A stretch of 64,000 nucleotides of DNA from Gemmatimonadota bacterium (GCA_020344215.1 CP070815.1:3321296-3385295); one strand, 5' to 3'. Shown: positions 7,398 to 16,552, counted from the stretch's first letter. Program-made: numbers and translations. Notes: a model not told the origin generated them from the letters alone.

Positions 7398-8309
7398 ATG
7401 CGGGAGCCAGCTACGGCCCGGAAGGTGCCGAAAGTGGCGCAGTTCCTCGACCTGAGCGACTACGCGCGGCCGCTCGCCGTGTGGGTCGCCCGGCGCCTGC
7501 GCGACACATCGGTTACAGGACCCGACGTCACGGTGGTGTGGGGCATCATCGGGTTCGTGGGTGCCTTCTGCTATGCCGTCGGTGGGTACCAGTACGCGCT
7601 GCTGGGTGCCGGCCTGTTACAGGTCAAGAACATCTTGGACGCCGTCGACGGCTCGCTGGCGCGCCTACAAAGCCGGCCGTCCCGCGTGGGCCGCTTCCTC
7701 GATTCGATCGGTGACGCGGTCATCGCCGCCGCCGTCTACGCGGCCCTCGCCATCGCCGTCGCCCGCGACCGGCCCGTGGTGTATGCGACCCTGCTGGCCG
7801 CCGCGGCGCTGGTGCTCAGCCTCCTCCAGGGCTCCGTCTACAACTACTACCAGGTCCGCTACCGGCAACGGCAGGGCGGTGACCGAACCAGCCTGGTCAA
7901 GGAGAGGTTGACCGAGTACGACGAGATTCACTACGAGGACCGACCTTTGGCCCTCGGCTTGCTGCGTGCGCTGATCCAGGCCTACAACGGGATTTACGGA
8001 TGGCAGGACGTGCTCGTGCAGCGAGTCGACCGCTGGGCCGCCGCGCCGCTGCTGGCGGCGGGTCGTGAGGAGTTCGCGGACGAGTTCCGGGACGACCCGC
8101 GCCTGCTTACGGTTCTCAGCGCTCTGGGTCCGGGGATGCAGATCCTTATCCTCGATCTGTACACGATCGCTGGCGTCCGCCATCTCGGCCTCGCTCTCGA
8201 GCTCTTTCTCTGGACGATCGCGCTCGGCGGTACGCTTTACGCCGCTGCGGTCATACTACGGCTGCGTCGTACCGCGGTGAGGGAATCTCGGATTGCGAGT
8301 GGGGAATAG
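7398..8309 (+). CDS. CDP-alcohol phosphatidyltransferase family protein
   Basis: Signature D-x2-DG-x2-AR...G-x3-D-x3-D is present as LDAVDGSLARLQSRPSRVGRFLDSIGDAVIAAAVY. Multi-pass membrane protein. The last ~10 codons lie inside repeat element A. Confidence 0.8.
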   Translation: MREPATARKVPKVAQFLDLSDYARPLAVWVARRLRDTSVTGPDVTVVWGIIGFVGAFCYAVGGYQYALLGAGLLQVKNILDAVDGSLARLQSRPSRVGRFLDSIGDAVIAAAVYAALAIAVARDRPVVYATLLAAAALVLSLLQGSVYNYYQVRYRQRQGGDRTSLVKERLTEYDEIHYEDRPLALGLLRALIQAYNGIYGWQDVLVQRVDRWAAAPLLAAGREEFADEFRDDPRLLTVLSALGPGMQILILDLYTIAGVRHLGLALELFLWTIALGGTLYAAAVILRLRRTAVRESRIASGE

Positions 8310-8483
8310 AGAGGTGGTTTGGGGATTATCGGATATGGATTCGGGGATTCGGGGAGTTCGGGAAGTACGAAGTCGGTTGCGTTGCCGCCGCTTCTCACCT
8401 TCCCCACCTCCCCGGATCGACATGTGAGAATTCCCAAACCACTTGACCGTTCGCCAATTCGACAATTCCCCGTTCCCCCGGAT
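8278..8483. repeat. GGGGAWTC-rich inverted-repeat intergenic element, copy A
   Basis: Tandem GGATTCGGGGA / GGATTCGGGGAG at 8337-8356 and GAGAATTCCC at 8426-8435. GGGGAAT/ATTCCCC-type motifs occur in opposite orientation in the two halves. The exact 12-mer GGATTCGGGGAG is shared with copy C. Confidence 0.6.
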
Positions 8484-10634
8484 ATGTTAGTGTCCATGGA
8501 TAGACGCCCTGAGACCCTCACTGCGATCTTCGAGCCCAAGGGTGTCGCCGTCGTCGGCGCCAGCCGCCGTACCGACACGATCGGCTACGTGATCCTCGAC
8601 AGCCTGCTTCGCGACGGGTACACCGGCGCCGTCTATCCGGTGAACCCACGCGCCGAGGTCGTTCACTCGATGCGGGCCTACCCTTCGATCGCCGATCTGC
8701 CCGGGCCCGTGGACTTGGCGGTCATCGTCGTGCCCAAGGAGCTGGTTCTTCAGGCGGCGAGCGAGTGTGGCGAGGCCGGGGTGAAGGGACTCGTCGTCAT
8801 ATCGGCCGGGTTCCGCGAGGTAGGTGGTGAAGGTGCTGAGCGGGAACGCGAGCTGCTGGCCGTAGCCCGCCAGTACGGCATGCGGATGGTGGGACCCAAC
8901 TGCATGGGCGTCCTCAACACTGATCCGGCGGTCTCGATGAACGCCACGTTCGCGCCAACGACGCCGCCGACGGGGAACGTCGCCTTCCTGAGCCAGTCGG
9001 GCGCCATGGGCGTGACGATCCTCGACTACGCCCGCGAGTACGGGATCGGCGTTAGCAAGTTCCTCAGCCTGGGTAACAAGGCCGACATATCGGGTAACGA
9101 CGCCCTCGAGTACCTGAAGGACGACGAGCGCACCTCGGTCATCCTCATGTACCTTGAGAGCTTCGGTAACCCGCGCCACTTCACCCGGATCGCCCGCGAG
9201 GTGACCCAGGTGAAGCCTGTGGTCGCCGTGAAGGCCGCACGTACCCGGGCCGGCGCGCGTGCGGGGAGCAGCCACACCGGTGCCATGGCGGGGCTGGACG
9301 TCGCCACCGACGCCCTCTTCGCCCAGTGCGGTGTCATCCGGGTGGACACGGTTGAGGGGCTCTTCGACATGGGGATGGGGTTCGGTAATGCGCCGCTCCC
9401 CAAGGGCAACCGGGTGGCGGTCGTCACGAATGCCGGCGGCCCGGGCATCATAATCGCCGACGCGCTGGAGTCTCAGGGGCTGGAGGTGGCGGAGCTCACG
9501 GAAGAGACGAAGACGCAGCTGCGCGAGCAACTGCCGGAGGAGGCGTCGGTCAACAACCCGGTGGATATGATCGCTAGCGCCGATGCCGACAGCTATCGAT
9601 CGGTGCTGGAGACGGTCTTGGAGGACCCCGGAGTCGACGCGGTCATCGCATCGTTCGTGCCGCCGGTGGGTGTGCACGCGGAGGACGTGGCCCGGGCGAT
9701 CACCGATACGGCGGCCGGTCGTGAGGAGCCGGCCATGGCCGTGCTCATGGGTCGCAAGGGGCTGCGCGAGAGCCGGGCACTGCTCAACGCCGCGAGCGTG
9801 CCCGCCTTTATCTTCCCGGAGTCGGCGGTGCGGGCGCTCGTGGGCATGGACCGCTACCGGCGCTGGCTGGAGCGCCCGGCGGGCCGGGTGCGTGTGTTCG
9901 ATGACGTCGAGAAGGGGCGGGTGGCGGGGATACTGGAGGGCGCGGAGTCCGCAGGCCGCCAGCGCTTGGGCGAGTACGACGCGCTCTCGCTGGTCGAGGC
10001 GTACGGCATACCCGTAGTGCCATCGCGACCGGCGGGGACGGCGGAGGAAGCCGTCAGGGCCGCTGAGCTGGTGGGCTTCCCCGTCGTGCTCAAGGTGATG
10101 GCGCCCGAGATCTCACATAAGTCGGAAGTCGGAGGTGTAATCGTCGGGCTGACCTCGGGGCGTGAGGTGAGGGGCGCCTACTACGAGATGATGGATCGCC
10201 TGGCCGGGAGCGGTGTGGGAAAGGATGCGGTCGAGGGCGTCCTCGTCCAACGCATGGTGAGCGGCGGCCGGGAGGCCATCATCGGGACCGCCTTCGACCC
10301 GAGCTTCGGGCCGCTGATCATGTTCGGGCTCGGCGGCATCTACGTGGAGGCTCTCGGTGACGTCGTCTTCCGGGTGCACCCTGTCAGCGACATCGACGCG
10401 GCAGAAATGATCCGCCAGGTGAAGGGCTACAGGCTGCTGGAGGGCGTACGTGGCGAGAAGGGTGTCGACGTCGACGCACTCCAGGAGGCGATTCAGCGAA
10501 TCAGCCAGCTGGTCGGCGACTTTCCGCAAATCGCCGAGCTCGATGTGAACCCGTTCGTCGCCTTTGAGCCCGGCAAGCGGCCGATAGCCTTGGACGCCAG
10601 GGTGGTGCTGGCCTCGCAGGCCGAATCGGAATGA
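8484..10634 (+). CDS. Acetate--CoA ligase family protein (ADP-forming acyl-CoA synthetase: CoA-binding + succinyl-CoA-ligase-like + ATP-grasp domains)
   Basis: IFEPKGVAVVGASRRTDTIGYVIL (CoA-binding). MVGPNCMGV and AFLSQSGAMG motifs. C-terminal ATP-grasp (PVVLKVMAPEISHKSEVGGV). Start set at ATG 8484; the upstream 55 codons of the track ORF are repeat-element sequence. Confidence 0.85.
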   Translation: MLVSMDRRPETLTAIFEPKGVAVVGASRRTDTIGYVILDSLLRDGYTGAVYPVNPRAEVVHSMRAYPSIADLPGPVDLAVIVVPKELVLQAASECGEAGVKGLVVISAGFREVGGEGAERERELLAVARQYGMRMVGPNCMGVLNTDPAVSMNATFAPTTPPTGNVAFLSQSGAMGVTILDYAREYGIGVSKFLSLGNKADISGNDALEYLKDDERTSVILMYLESFGNPRHFTRIAREVTQVKPVVAVKAARTRAGARAGSSHTGAMAGLDVATDALFAQCGVIRVDTVEGLFDMGMGFGNAPLPKGNRVAVVTNAGGPGIIIADALESQGLEVAELTEETKTQLREQLPEEASVNNPVDMIASADADSYRSVLETVLEDPGVDAVIASFVPPVGVHAEDVARAITDTAAGREEPAMAVLMGRKGLRESRALLNAASVPAFIFPESAVRALVGMDRYRRWLERPAGRVRVFDDVEKGRVAGILEGAESAGRQRLGEYDALSLVEAYGIPVVPSRPAGTAEEAVRAAELVGFPVVLKVMAPEISHKSEVGGVIVGLTSGREVRGAYYEMMDRLAGSGVGKDAVEGVLVQRMVSGGREAIIGTAFDPSFGPLIMFGLGGIYVEALGDVVFRVHPVSDIDAAEMIRQVKGYRLLEGVRGEKGVDVDALQEAIQRISQLVGDFPQIAELDVNPFVAFEPGKRPIALDARVVLASQAESE

Positions 10635-11467
10635 CGTCGCAACCGTTCAACTGCACGAGCTGCGGTGCGCCACTCGTACGCGGGGACGATATCTGTCCCT
10701 TCTGTGGTGAGGTCGTCAGGGCAATCCCCCATTCGCCGCCGCCCCCACCTCCCCGGGTGGTGCCGGACGTGGGGCCGGTCGCGCAGACGATGCCGGGCGT
10801 CCGCCGCTCGGAGGAGGAGATAGCGGCCGCCGCTACCGAGGTGCCGGCGTGGGAGGACCGGAAGACCTTCGGGTTCTGGGCCTCGCTGTGGATCACCTGG
10901 CGTGAGAGCGTCTTCCGGCCCGTGGAATTCTTCCGCAGCCTGCCGCCGCGCGGTGGTATCGGACCCGCTCTCGGCTTCTCCGTGCTGTTTACGGCGCTGG
11001 GCCTGCTCCTGAACATCTACTGGGGCACGCTGCAGAGCGCATTGGCGGGGTCGTGGGAGGAGGGGCCGGTCCTCGTCTTCTTCAGCGGCCTCGTCACGGC
11101 GCTCCTCTGGCTGGCGTTCGCCATACCGCTGTATGTCGGCGCGCTCTTCACCATGGCTGGGGTCCTTCACCTCTGTTTCATGGTCGTGGGCGCCGGCCGG
11201 CGCGGCTTCGAGGCCACCTTCCGGGCCATAGGCTACTCGTCGGGCCCTGCGGCTTTCGCCATCTTCCCCTTCTTTGGAGCCCTCTTGGGCCTCGTCTGGG
11301 GAACGGTCGTGCTGTTCATCGGGATGCGCGAGGTCCAGCGGACCACTAACGGGAAAGCCACGCTGGCCTTCCTGCTGCCGCTCTTTGCCTTCACCGCGTT
11401 CGTCATGCTGCTTAGCATCGTCCTCGCCATGATCCTCGCAGGGACTGACTTCGGCGCCCTCGAGTAG
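10631..11467 (+). CDS. Zinc-ribbon + Yip1-domain multi-pass membrane protein
   Basis: N-terminal CTSCGAPL...CPFCG zinc ribbon, a Pro-rich linker, then a Yip1-like region (FWASLWITWRESVFRPVEFFRSLPPRGGIGPALGFSVL) with about 5 TM segments. 4-nt overlap with the upstream gene. Confidence 0.5.
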   Translation: MTSQPFNCTSCGAPLVRGDDICPFCGEVVRAIPHSPPPPPPRVVPDVGPVAQTMPGVRRSEEEIAAAATEVPAWEDRKTFGFWASLWITWRESVFRPVEFFRSLPPRGGIGPALGFSVLFTALGLLLNIYWGTLQSALAGSWEEGPVLVFFSGLVTALLWLAFAIPLYVGALFTMAGVLHLCFMVVGAGRRGFEATFRAIGYSSGPAAFAIFPFFGALLGLVWGTVVLFIGMREVQRTTNGKATLAFLLPLFAFTAFVMLLSIVLAMILAGTDFGALE

Positions 11468-11565
11468 CGGCTCACTTCCCCGGGGAACTCGACTCAAGCA
11501 GTGGGTGTTTGCCGGAGGGGAAGCGGCGACCGTTGGTCGCTGCCGATCGTCACACGAGGGTAGGC

Positions 11566-11923
11566 ATGCAAGGCAAGCAGATAAGTGCGTTCGGCGCTCT
11601 ACTAGCCCTCGCTGTTGCCGCGGGGACAATTGGAGCCGGCCGTTCCGGCCAGAACGATAGTCTGGAGAGCGGTGGGCGGGCCGCGGCCTCGGTAGAGCCG
11701 CAGCAAGCTGTTGACATCGAGATACGTGAGTTCCGCTTCCGGGCCGACACCGTTCGGGTTCCGCTCGGCGCAAGTTCCTGAGGGCCTGGCCGGGGGGAAT
11801 GGCAAGCGCTCCGGGTTTTCCACAGGCTGGCCGCGACTGTGGAAAAGCGGCGGATCAGATGGACACGTACAGGTCGCCGCCTCTGGCATGAAATCGCCGG
11901 TCTGCCCATCTTGTATCTCCTGA
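11566..11923 (+). pseudogene. Possible frameshifted cupredoxin-like secreted protein
   Basis: Signal peptide MQGKQISAFGALLALAVAAG. AVDIEIREFRFRADTVRVPLGA resembles the first strands of cupredoxin/plastocyanin-like proteins. The frame stops at 11781, and an overlapping +1 ORF (to 11923) ends ..GHVQVAASGMKSPV, weakly like a copper-site end. Recollection-based and weak. Confidence 0.2.
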
Positions 11924-11957
11924 TCATTTAACGACTTGTCTGTGGAGGCCTCAACCT

Positions 11958-12752
11958 ATGGGCACGATCTGGAAGGGGCATGTCAGCTTCGGACTCGTGA
12001 ACATCCCGGTACGTGTGGAAAACGCCACGCGCGACACGACCCCAAGATTCCGCATGCTGCACGGCCGAGATAACTCGCCGGTGAAGACGGTGCGCGTCCG
12101 CCAGGGTGACGAGGAGCGTGTGGAATACAGGGAGTTGGTCCGGGGGTACGAATACGAGCCGGGCCACTACGTGATCCTCGACGATGAGGACTTCCGGCAG
12201 GTAGCGCTTCAGACCACACGGACAATAGACATCATGGATTTCGTGGATGAGTCGGAGATCGACTCGCGCTACTTTGAGAAGCCGTACTACCTGGAGGTGC
12301 AGCGAGGCGGCGAGAAGGCTTATGCCCTGCTCAGGAAGGCCATGCGTGAGACCGGCAAGGTGGCGGTGGCGAAGGTCGTCTTCCAGCGTCGCGAGCACCT
12401 GGCGGCAGTCAAGGTAGTGAACGACGTGCTGGTCCTGGATCTCATGCGCTTCGAAGACGAGCTCCGCCCGCTGAACACAGTCGAGACACCTGGGGAGGAG
12501 GGGTTGAGCGAGAGGGAAATCGCCATGGCGCTCCAGCTCGTCGAGCAGCTCTCTGCCAGCTTCGACCCGAAGAGCTACAAGGACGAGTACGCCGAGAAGC
12601 TGCTCGGGCGGATCCAGGCCAAGGTCGAGGGCCGCGAAGTAGCGCAGGTCCAAGAAACGGAACCGGTCGAGACGCAGGTGGTGGATCTCGTGGCCAGGCT
12701 GAAGGAGAGCCTCGAGCGCGCGGAAGGAGAGCGCCGCGCTGCAGACGGCTAG
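11958..12752 (+). CDS. ku: Non-homologous end joining protein Ku
   Basis: MGTIWKGHVSFGLVNIPVRV is the canonical bacterial Ku N-terminus. 264 aa. Adjacent to ligD. Confidence 0.9.
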   Translation: MGTIWKGHVSFGLVNIPVRVENATRDTTPRFRMLHGRDNSPVKTVRVRQGDEERVEYRELVRGYEYEPGHYVILDDEDFRQVALQTTRTIDIMDFVDESEIDSRYFEKPYYLEVQRGGEKAYALLRKAMRETGKVAVAKVVFQRREHLAAVKVVNDVLVLDLMRFEDELRPLNTVETPGEEGLSEREIAMALQLVEQLSASFDPKSYKDEYAEKLLGRIQAKVEGREVAQVQETEPVETQVVDLVARLKESLERAEGERRAADG

Positions 12753-12805
12753 GGTGGGAATATCGAAGGAAGGGAGAGGGAGAATTCCCACTAGAACGTA
12801 AGAAG

Positions 12806-15391
12806 GTGACGGACCTGGACCGATATCAGGAGAAGCGGGACTTCGCCCGCACGCCCGAGCCGGCCGGCTCGGAGCATGGGGCAGGGTCGCCGGAAGCGGC
12901 GCGCCGGTTCGTAGTGCAGAAGCACGCGGCGCGCCGCACGCATTTCGACTTGCGCCTCGAGATCGGCGGAATGCTCGTCAGCTGGGCCGTGCCGAAAGGG
13001 CCCAGCGCCGACTCGGATACGAAGCGGTTGGCCGTCCACGTCGAAGACCACCCGCTCGAGTACGGTGACTTCGAGGGGGTCATCCCGAGGGGCGAGTACG
13101 GCGCCGGTAGCGTGATTATCTGGGACCGGGGCCGCTACGAGCCGCTAGGTGAGACCGAGGACTCGGAGGAGGCGCTGCAGCGGGGTGTTCGGGAGGGGAA
13201 GCTCGACTTCGTTCTCTACGGTGAGCGGATGCGGGGTCGTTGGACTCTGGTGCGCATGAAAGGCCGGGAGACTGAGGACAGCTGGCTCCTGATCAAGAAG
13301 AAAGACGTTCACGCGGAGCCCGGTGACCCTGAAGGCCTCGTGGACCGCTACCGCGATTCCGTGGTGTCGGGCCGAGACCTTGATGATCCCGCACTCGGCG
13401 CGGGGGACCCGGGGCAGGATGCGGCCAGGCCCCCTGTAGATACGCGACCGATGCTGGCCGGGCGCGCCGAGACCCTGCCGGCCGGCGAGGCGTGGTGCTT
13501 CGAGCTGAAACTGGACGGAATAAGAGCCGCAGCTTGGGCCCAGCCCACCGGTCTGCTTCGGGTCTACTCGCGGCGCGGACACCGCCTGGAGTCGGCATTC
13601 CCCGAGATCGGCGACGCCCTCGAGCTGCTCGCCCGCCGCGCGGGCAGCGAGTTCGTCATCGACGGCGAGATCGTCGTGGCCGCCCCCGAGGGCGGCTCCC
13701 GCCTCGAGGACCTTCAGCCCCGTTTCAACCTCCGGGACCCTGGGGAAGTCGCGCGGGGCGCGAGAGCGCAGCCTGCCGAGATGCACGTCTTCGATCTCCT
13801 CTGGCTCGACGGCAAGGACTTGAGGGACCGGCCACTGTCCGAGCGAAAGGACCGGCTGCGCCACATCCTGAGATCGGCAGGTCACAACCTCCACTACGTT
13901 CCCCACGACCTCGCCAGCGGAAACGCCATGAAGACCCGCGCGCGCCGGGAAGGCTGGGAAGGCGTCGTCGCTAAGCGCCTCAAGAGTCGCTACCGCTCCG
14001 GCGAGCGCTCGCCGGACTGGCTCAAGGTGAAAGAGCTCGCCCGCCAGGAGTTCGTGGTGGGCGGCTGGACGGAGCCTCAGGGCAGCCGCCGCGGCTTCGG
14101 CGCGCTGGTGGTGGGCTACCACGACGAGGCCAGCGAGGGCATGCCGCTTCACTGCGCCGGCCGGGTCGGTAGCGGCTTCAGCGAAGCGGATCTACAGGCG
14201 ATAAGGGACAAGCTCAACTCCTTGGCACAGGAAGTCAGCCCCTTCGCCGAGGTACCTGAGGACGCGGAGGACGCCCATTGGGTCCGCCCCGAGCTCGTGG
14301 TCGAGGTGAAGTTCCAGGAATGGACCCGCGATGGCCGGCTGCGCCAGCCGGTCTTCCTGGGCCTACGTAGCGACGTGGACCCGGCCGGGGTGGTCCGGGA
14401 GGGTGGCTCTGCCGACTTGGCAACGGGCCCTCCGGTCGAGCTTACCGCCGAGATCGAGTCGCTGATCCAGACGCTCGAAGTGCTGGAGCGAGAGGGCGCC
14501 GACGCTGAAATCACGGTGGAGGGCCGGCGGCTTAAGGTCACGAACCTCCAGAAGGTCTTTTGGCCTGACATCGGGGCCACCAAGGGGGAGCTCTTGCGCT
14601 ACTACCTATCGGTGGCACCCGCGATACTGCCTGCGGTCGGCGCCCGGCCCCTTACCTTGGAGCGGTACCCCAACGGCATCGGCGGTGAGATGTTCTACCA
14701 GCAGCGGATGCCCGGGCCCGTACCGGAGGGGGTCCGCACCGTGACGCTGGAGCTCGACGGCGAGCCGGCCGAGCGAGTCATCGGCGGTGACGTCTATACG
14801 CTCCTTTATACGACACAGCTCGCGGCGATCTCACAGCACGTCTGGCCGTCCAAGCTCGAGACGCTCGACGACTTGGACTACGCCGTCCTCGATCTCGACC
14901 CTGGTGAGGACGTGCCCTTCTCCGCCGTGTGCGAGGCGGCCCTGGCAACCCACGAGCAGCTCCAGCGCCTCGGACTGCGCGGCTACCTGAAGACCTCCGG
15001 CGCGAGCGGGATGCACATCGTGATCCCGCTTCAGGCCGGCACGGGCTACGAGACCGGCCGCCTGCTGGCGGAGCTCGTCGCTCAGCTCGTCGCCGGGTCA
15101 CGCCCGCGGCTCACGACCGTGCAGAGGGTCGTCTCGAAGCGCGGTGCCCGCGTCTACCTCGACTTCCTCCAGAACCGCCGGGGTGCCACAGTGGCTTCCG
15201 CGTACTCAGTGCGGCCCAGACCGGGAGCGACGGTCTCCGCCCCCTTGAGCTGGATCGAAGTCGAGGGCGAGTTGAAGCCGGGCGACTTCAACCTGCGGTC
15301 GATGCGCGACCGCTTGGCCACCGTCGGCGATCTTTGGGTCGCGTGTCGCACCGATTCGAACGACGTACGCGAGGTTCTTGAGCTTCTGTGA
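12806..15391 (+). CDS. ligD: ATP-dependent DNA ligase D (phosphoesterase - ligase - polymerase/primase domains)
   Basis: PE domain (FVVQKHAARRTHFDLRLE...WAVPKGPS), ligase adenylation motif FELKLDGIRA, and a C-terminal LigD polymerase domain (VTNLQKVFWP...YLKTSGASGMHIVIPL). GTG start with AAGAAGG upstream. Confidence 0.9.
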   Translation: MTDLDRYQEKRDFARTPEPAGSEHGAGSPEAARRFVVQKHAARRTHFDLRLEIGGMLVSWAVPKGPSADSDTKRLAVHVEDHPLEYGDFEGVIPRGEYGAGSVIIWDRGRYEPLGETEDSEEALQRGVREGKLDFVLYGERMRGRWTLVRMKGRETEDSWLLIKKKDVHAEPGDPEGLVDRYRDSVVSGRDLDDPALGAGDPGQDAARPPVDTRPMLAGRAETLPAGEAWCFELKLDGIRAAAWAQPTGLLRVYSRRGHRLESAFPEIGDALELLARRAGSEFVIDGEIVVAAPEGGSRLEDLQPRFNLRDPGEVARGARAQPAEMHVFDLLWLDGKDLRDRPLSERKDRLRHILRSAGHNLHYVPHDLASGNAMKTRARREGWEGVVAKRLKSRYRSGERSPDWLKVKELARQEFVVGGWTEPQGSRRGFGALVVGYHDEASEGMPLHCAGRVGSGFSEADLQAIRDKLNSLAQEVSPFAEVPEDAEDAHWVRPELVVEVKFQEWTRDGRLRQPVFLGLRSDVDPAGVVREGGSADLATGPPVELTAEIESLIQTLEVLEREGADAEITVEGRRLKVTNLQKVFWPDIGATKGELLRYYLSVAPAILPAVGARPLTLERYPNGIGGEMFYQQRMPGPVPEGVRTVTLELDGEPAERVIGGDVYTLLYTTQLAAISQHVWPSKLETLDDLDYAVLDLDPGEDVPFSAVCEAALATHEQLQRLGLRGYLKTSGASGMHIVIPLQAGTGYETGRLLAELVAQLVAGSRPRLTTVQRVVSKRGARVYLDFLQNRRGATVASAYSVRPRPGATVSAPLSWIEVEGELKPGDFNLRSMRDRLATVGDLWVACRTDSNDVREVLELL

Positions 15392-15511
15392 GTGAATCAT
15401 ACCAACGCCGCACATTCTTTCCGAAATTGGGCTGCCGGATGTTCGATGTATTGGAACTTCGTGACACGCATGTCACGTAGAGTAAGCATTTGCGCGAACG
15501 AAACGCGCGAA

Positions 15512-15525
15512 TTCTGAATTCAGAA
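15512..15525. promoter_or_regulatory. Perfect 14-bp palindrome TTCTGAATTCAGAA (possible operator) in a low-GC spacer
   Basis: Read directly: TTCTGAA/TTCAGAA. It is flanked by TTTGCGCGAA ... GTTTGCGCAAAA repeats of a TTTGCGC core. Confidence 0.3.
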
Positions 15526-15633
15526 GTTTGCGCAAAATCCAGCGACGTCCGCCAGTCGCCTCATCTGCATAACTCGTTGTACCACAACGCGTTGGCAAAC
15601 GGGTATCGAACGGCTGTTCGATGCCCGCCGGTC

Positions 15634-15662
15634 TTGCGCGCGCCTCACGCCGCATGTATAAT
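15634..15662 (+). promoter_or_regulatory. Candidate sigma-70-type promoter (TTGCGC - 17 nt - TATAAT)
   Basis: -35 TTGCGC at 15634-15639, a 17-nt spacer, and a consensus -10 TATAAT at 15657-15662 preceded by TG. Points toward the small ORFs at 15809 and 16190. Confidence 0.4.
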
Positions 15663-15808
15663 GGGCGCGCTTCGAAGTTAGGGTTCGCTGCTCTACGGAT
15701 CTTTTCCGGGGATTCTCTGCAGAGCGGCCCATTCTGATAAATTTGGAATTCTTGCAGCCGATCTTCGGCGTGCTTGGCGTGGGCCCTGAACCTGAAGGAC
15801 CTGACCGA

Positions 15809-16027
15809 ATGCCTGAGTCACGTTCAGTCAACCTCGTTGTCAATCTGCCAGCGGACCTGGCCGATGAGGTGGAGCGTGTGCAAGAGACCGACCCCGAGTT
15901 CATTGAGAGAGTTCTGGCCTATGGGTTAGTCCGGCGAGCCGTGTTTGCTCGTCTGCAGGGTGTGACGGCCCTGCACCGGCCGTCTACGTCACCTCTTGAA
16001 GTGTCGTCGCTCGAGACAACTTTCTAG
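15809..16027 (+). CDS. Hypothetical small protein, possibly ribbon-helix-helix-like
   Basis: MPESRSVNLVVNLPADLADEVERVQETDPEFIERVLAYGL resembles a CopG/RHH beta-strand plus helix. Short ORF, weak call. Confidence 0.3.
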   Translation: MPESRSVNLVVNLPADLADEVERVQETDPEFIERVLAYGLVRRAVFARLQGVTALHRPSTSPLEVSSLETTF

Positions 16028-16189
16028 CTGATGTAGACGGCCGCCCTCCCCCCCGCCGAGGGCGTTTCGCTCCGCTTGTTCCCGTCACAAGCCAGCGATC
16101 CTTGACCGGTAGCGATTGGCTACTTAGCATCGTGCCAGGTGGCCTGTTGCTCGTGTGCGACGTGGTTGCCCTTGTCGAGGAGGGGAGGT

Positions 16190-16552
16190 ATGGCGCGGCG
16201 AACGGGAAAGGGCGAGCCGCGGAAGCCCCGCAAGCCGGTCGCAGAGCCGGAGGAAGTCCTTCGGGCGAAGTATCTGGACTATTGCTCGGCCCGCCTCTGT
16301 GATGTGTTCATGGAGCTGGAGGAGGAGCGGGTCTTCGAGCTCGCCAGGGCGGCTGAGGAGAGGGCGGGGGTCTCGCAGGGCGCGCTCAGCTTTCAGGAAA
16401 TCGCGGACCTGCTGGTCGAGCAACTGATGGACGACCTTGCTCTTCCCAACTTCACGACCTGGGGAGAGGCCTACCAGGAGCACCCTGAGGACTACGACCC
16501 CTACCTGTTGGGTCTCTGGAAAACGATGGTCGAGTCCCCGGCTACCCGGTAG
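16190..16552 (+). CDS. Hypothetical acidic protein
   Basis: GGAGG lies 4 nt upstream of ATG 16190. 120 aa (MARRTGKGEPRKPRKP..., acidic helical body). No family recognised. Confidence 0.5.
   Translation: MARRTGKGEPRKPRKPVAEPEEVLRAKYLDYCSARLCDVFMELEEERVFELARAAEERAGVSQGALSFQEIADLLVEQLMDDLALPNFTTWGEAYQEHPEDYDPYLLGLWKTMVESPATR

Noticed and set aside
8330-8360. Possible CRISPR-like short tandem repeats (GGATTCGGGGA twice)
   Set aside because: Only two adjacent units with no spacers of regular length, and no cas genes in the window. It belongs to the dispersed inverted-repeat element family instead.
8487-9677. 396-aa minus-strand ORF
   Set aside because: Entirely antisense to the well-supported ADP-forming acyl-CoA synthetase gene. 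Arg/Gly/His-rich composition typical of shadow ORFs in high-GC DNA, with no recognisable motifs.
10493-11773. 426-aa minus-strand ORF
   Set aside because: Antisense to the Yip1-domain gene and to neighbouring ORFs. Arg/Pro/Glu-rich with no motifs.
13145-14152. 335-aa minus-strand ORF
   Set aside because: Antisense to the ligD ligase domain, which has the KxDG adenylation motif on the plus strand.
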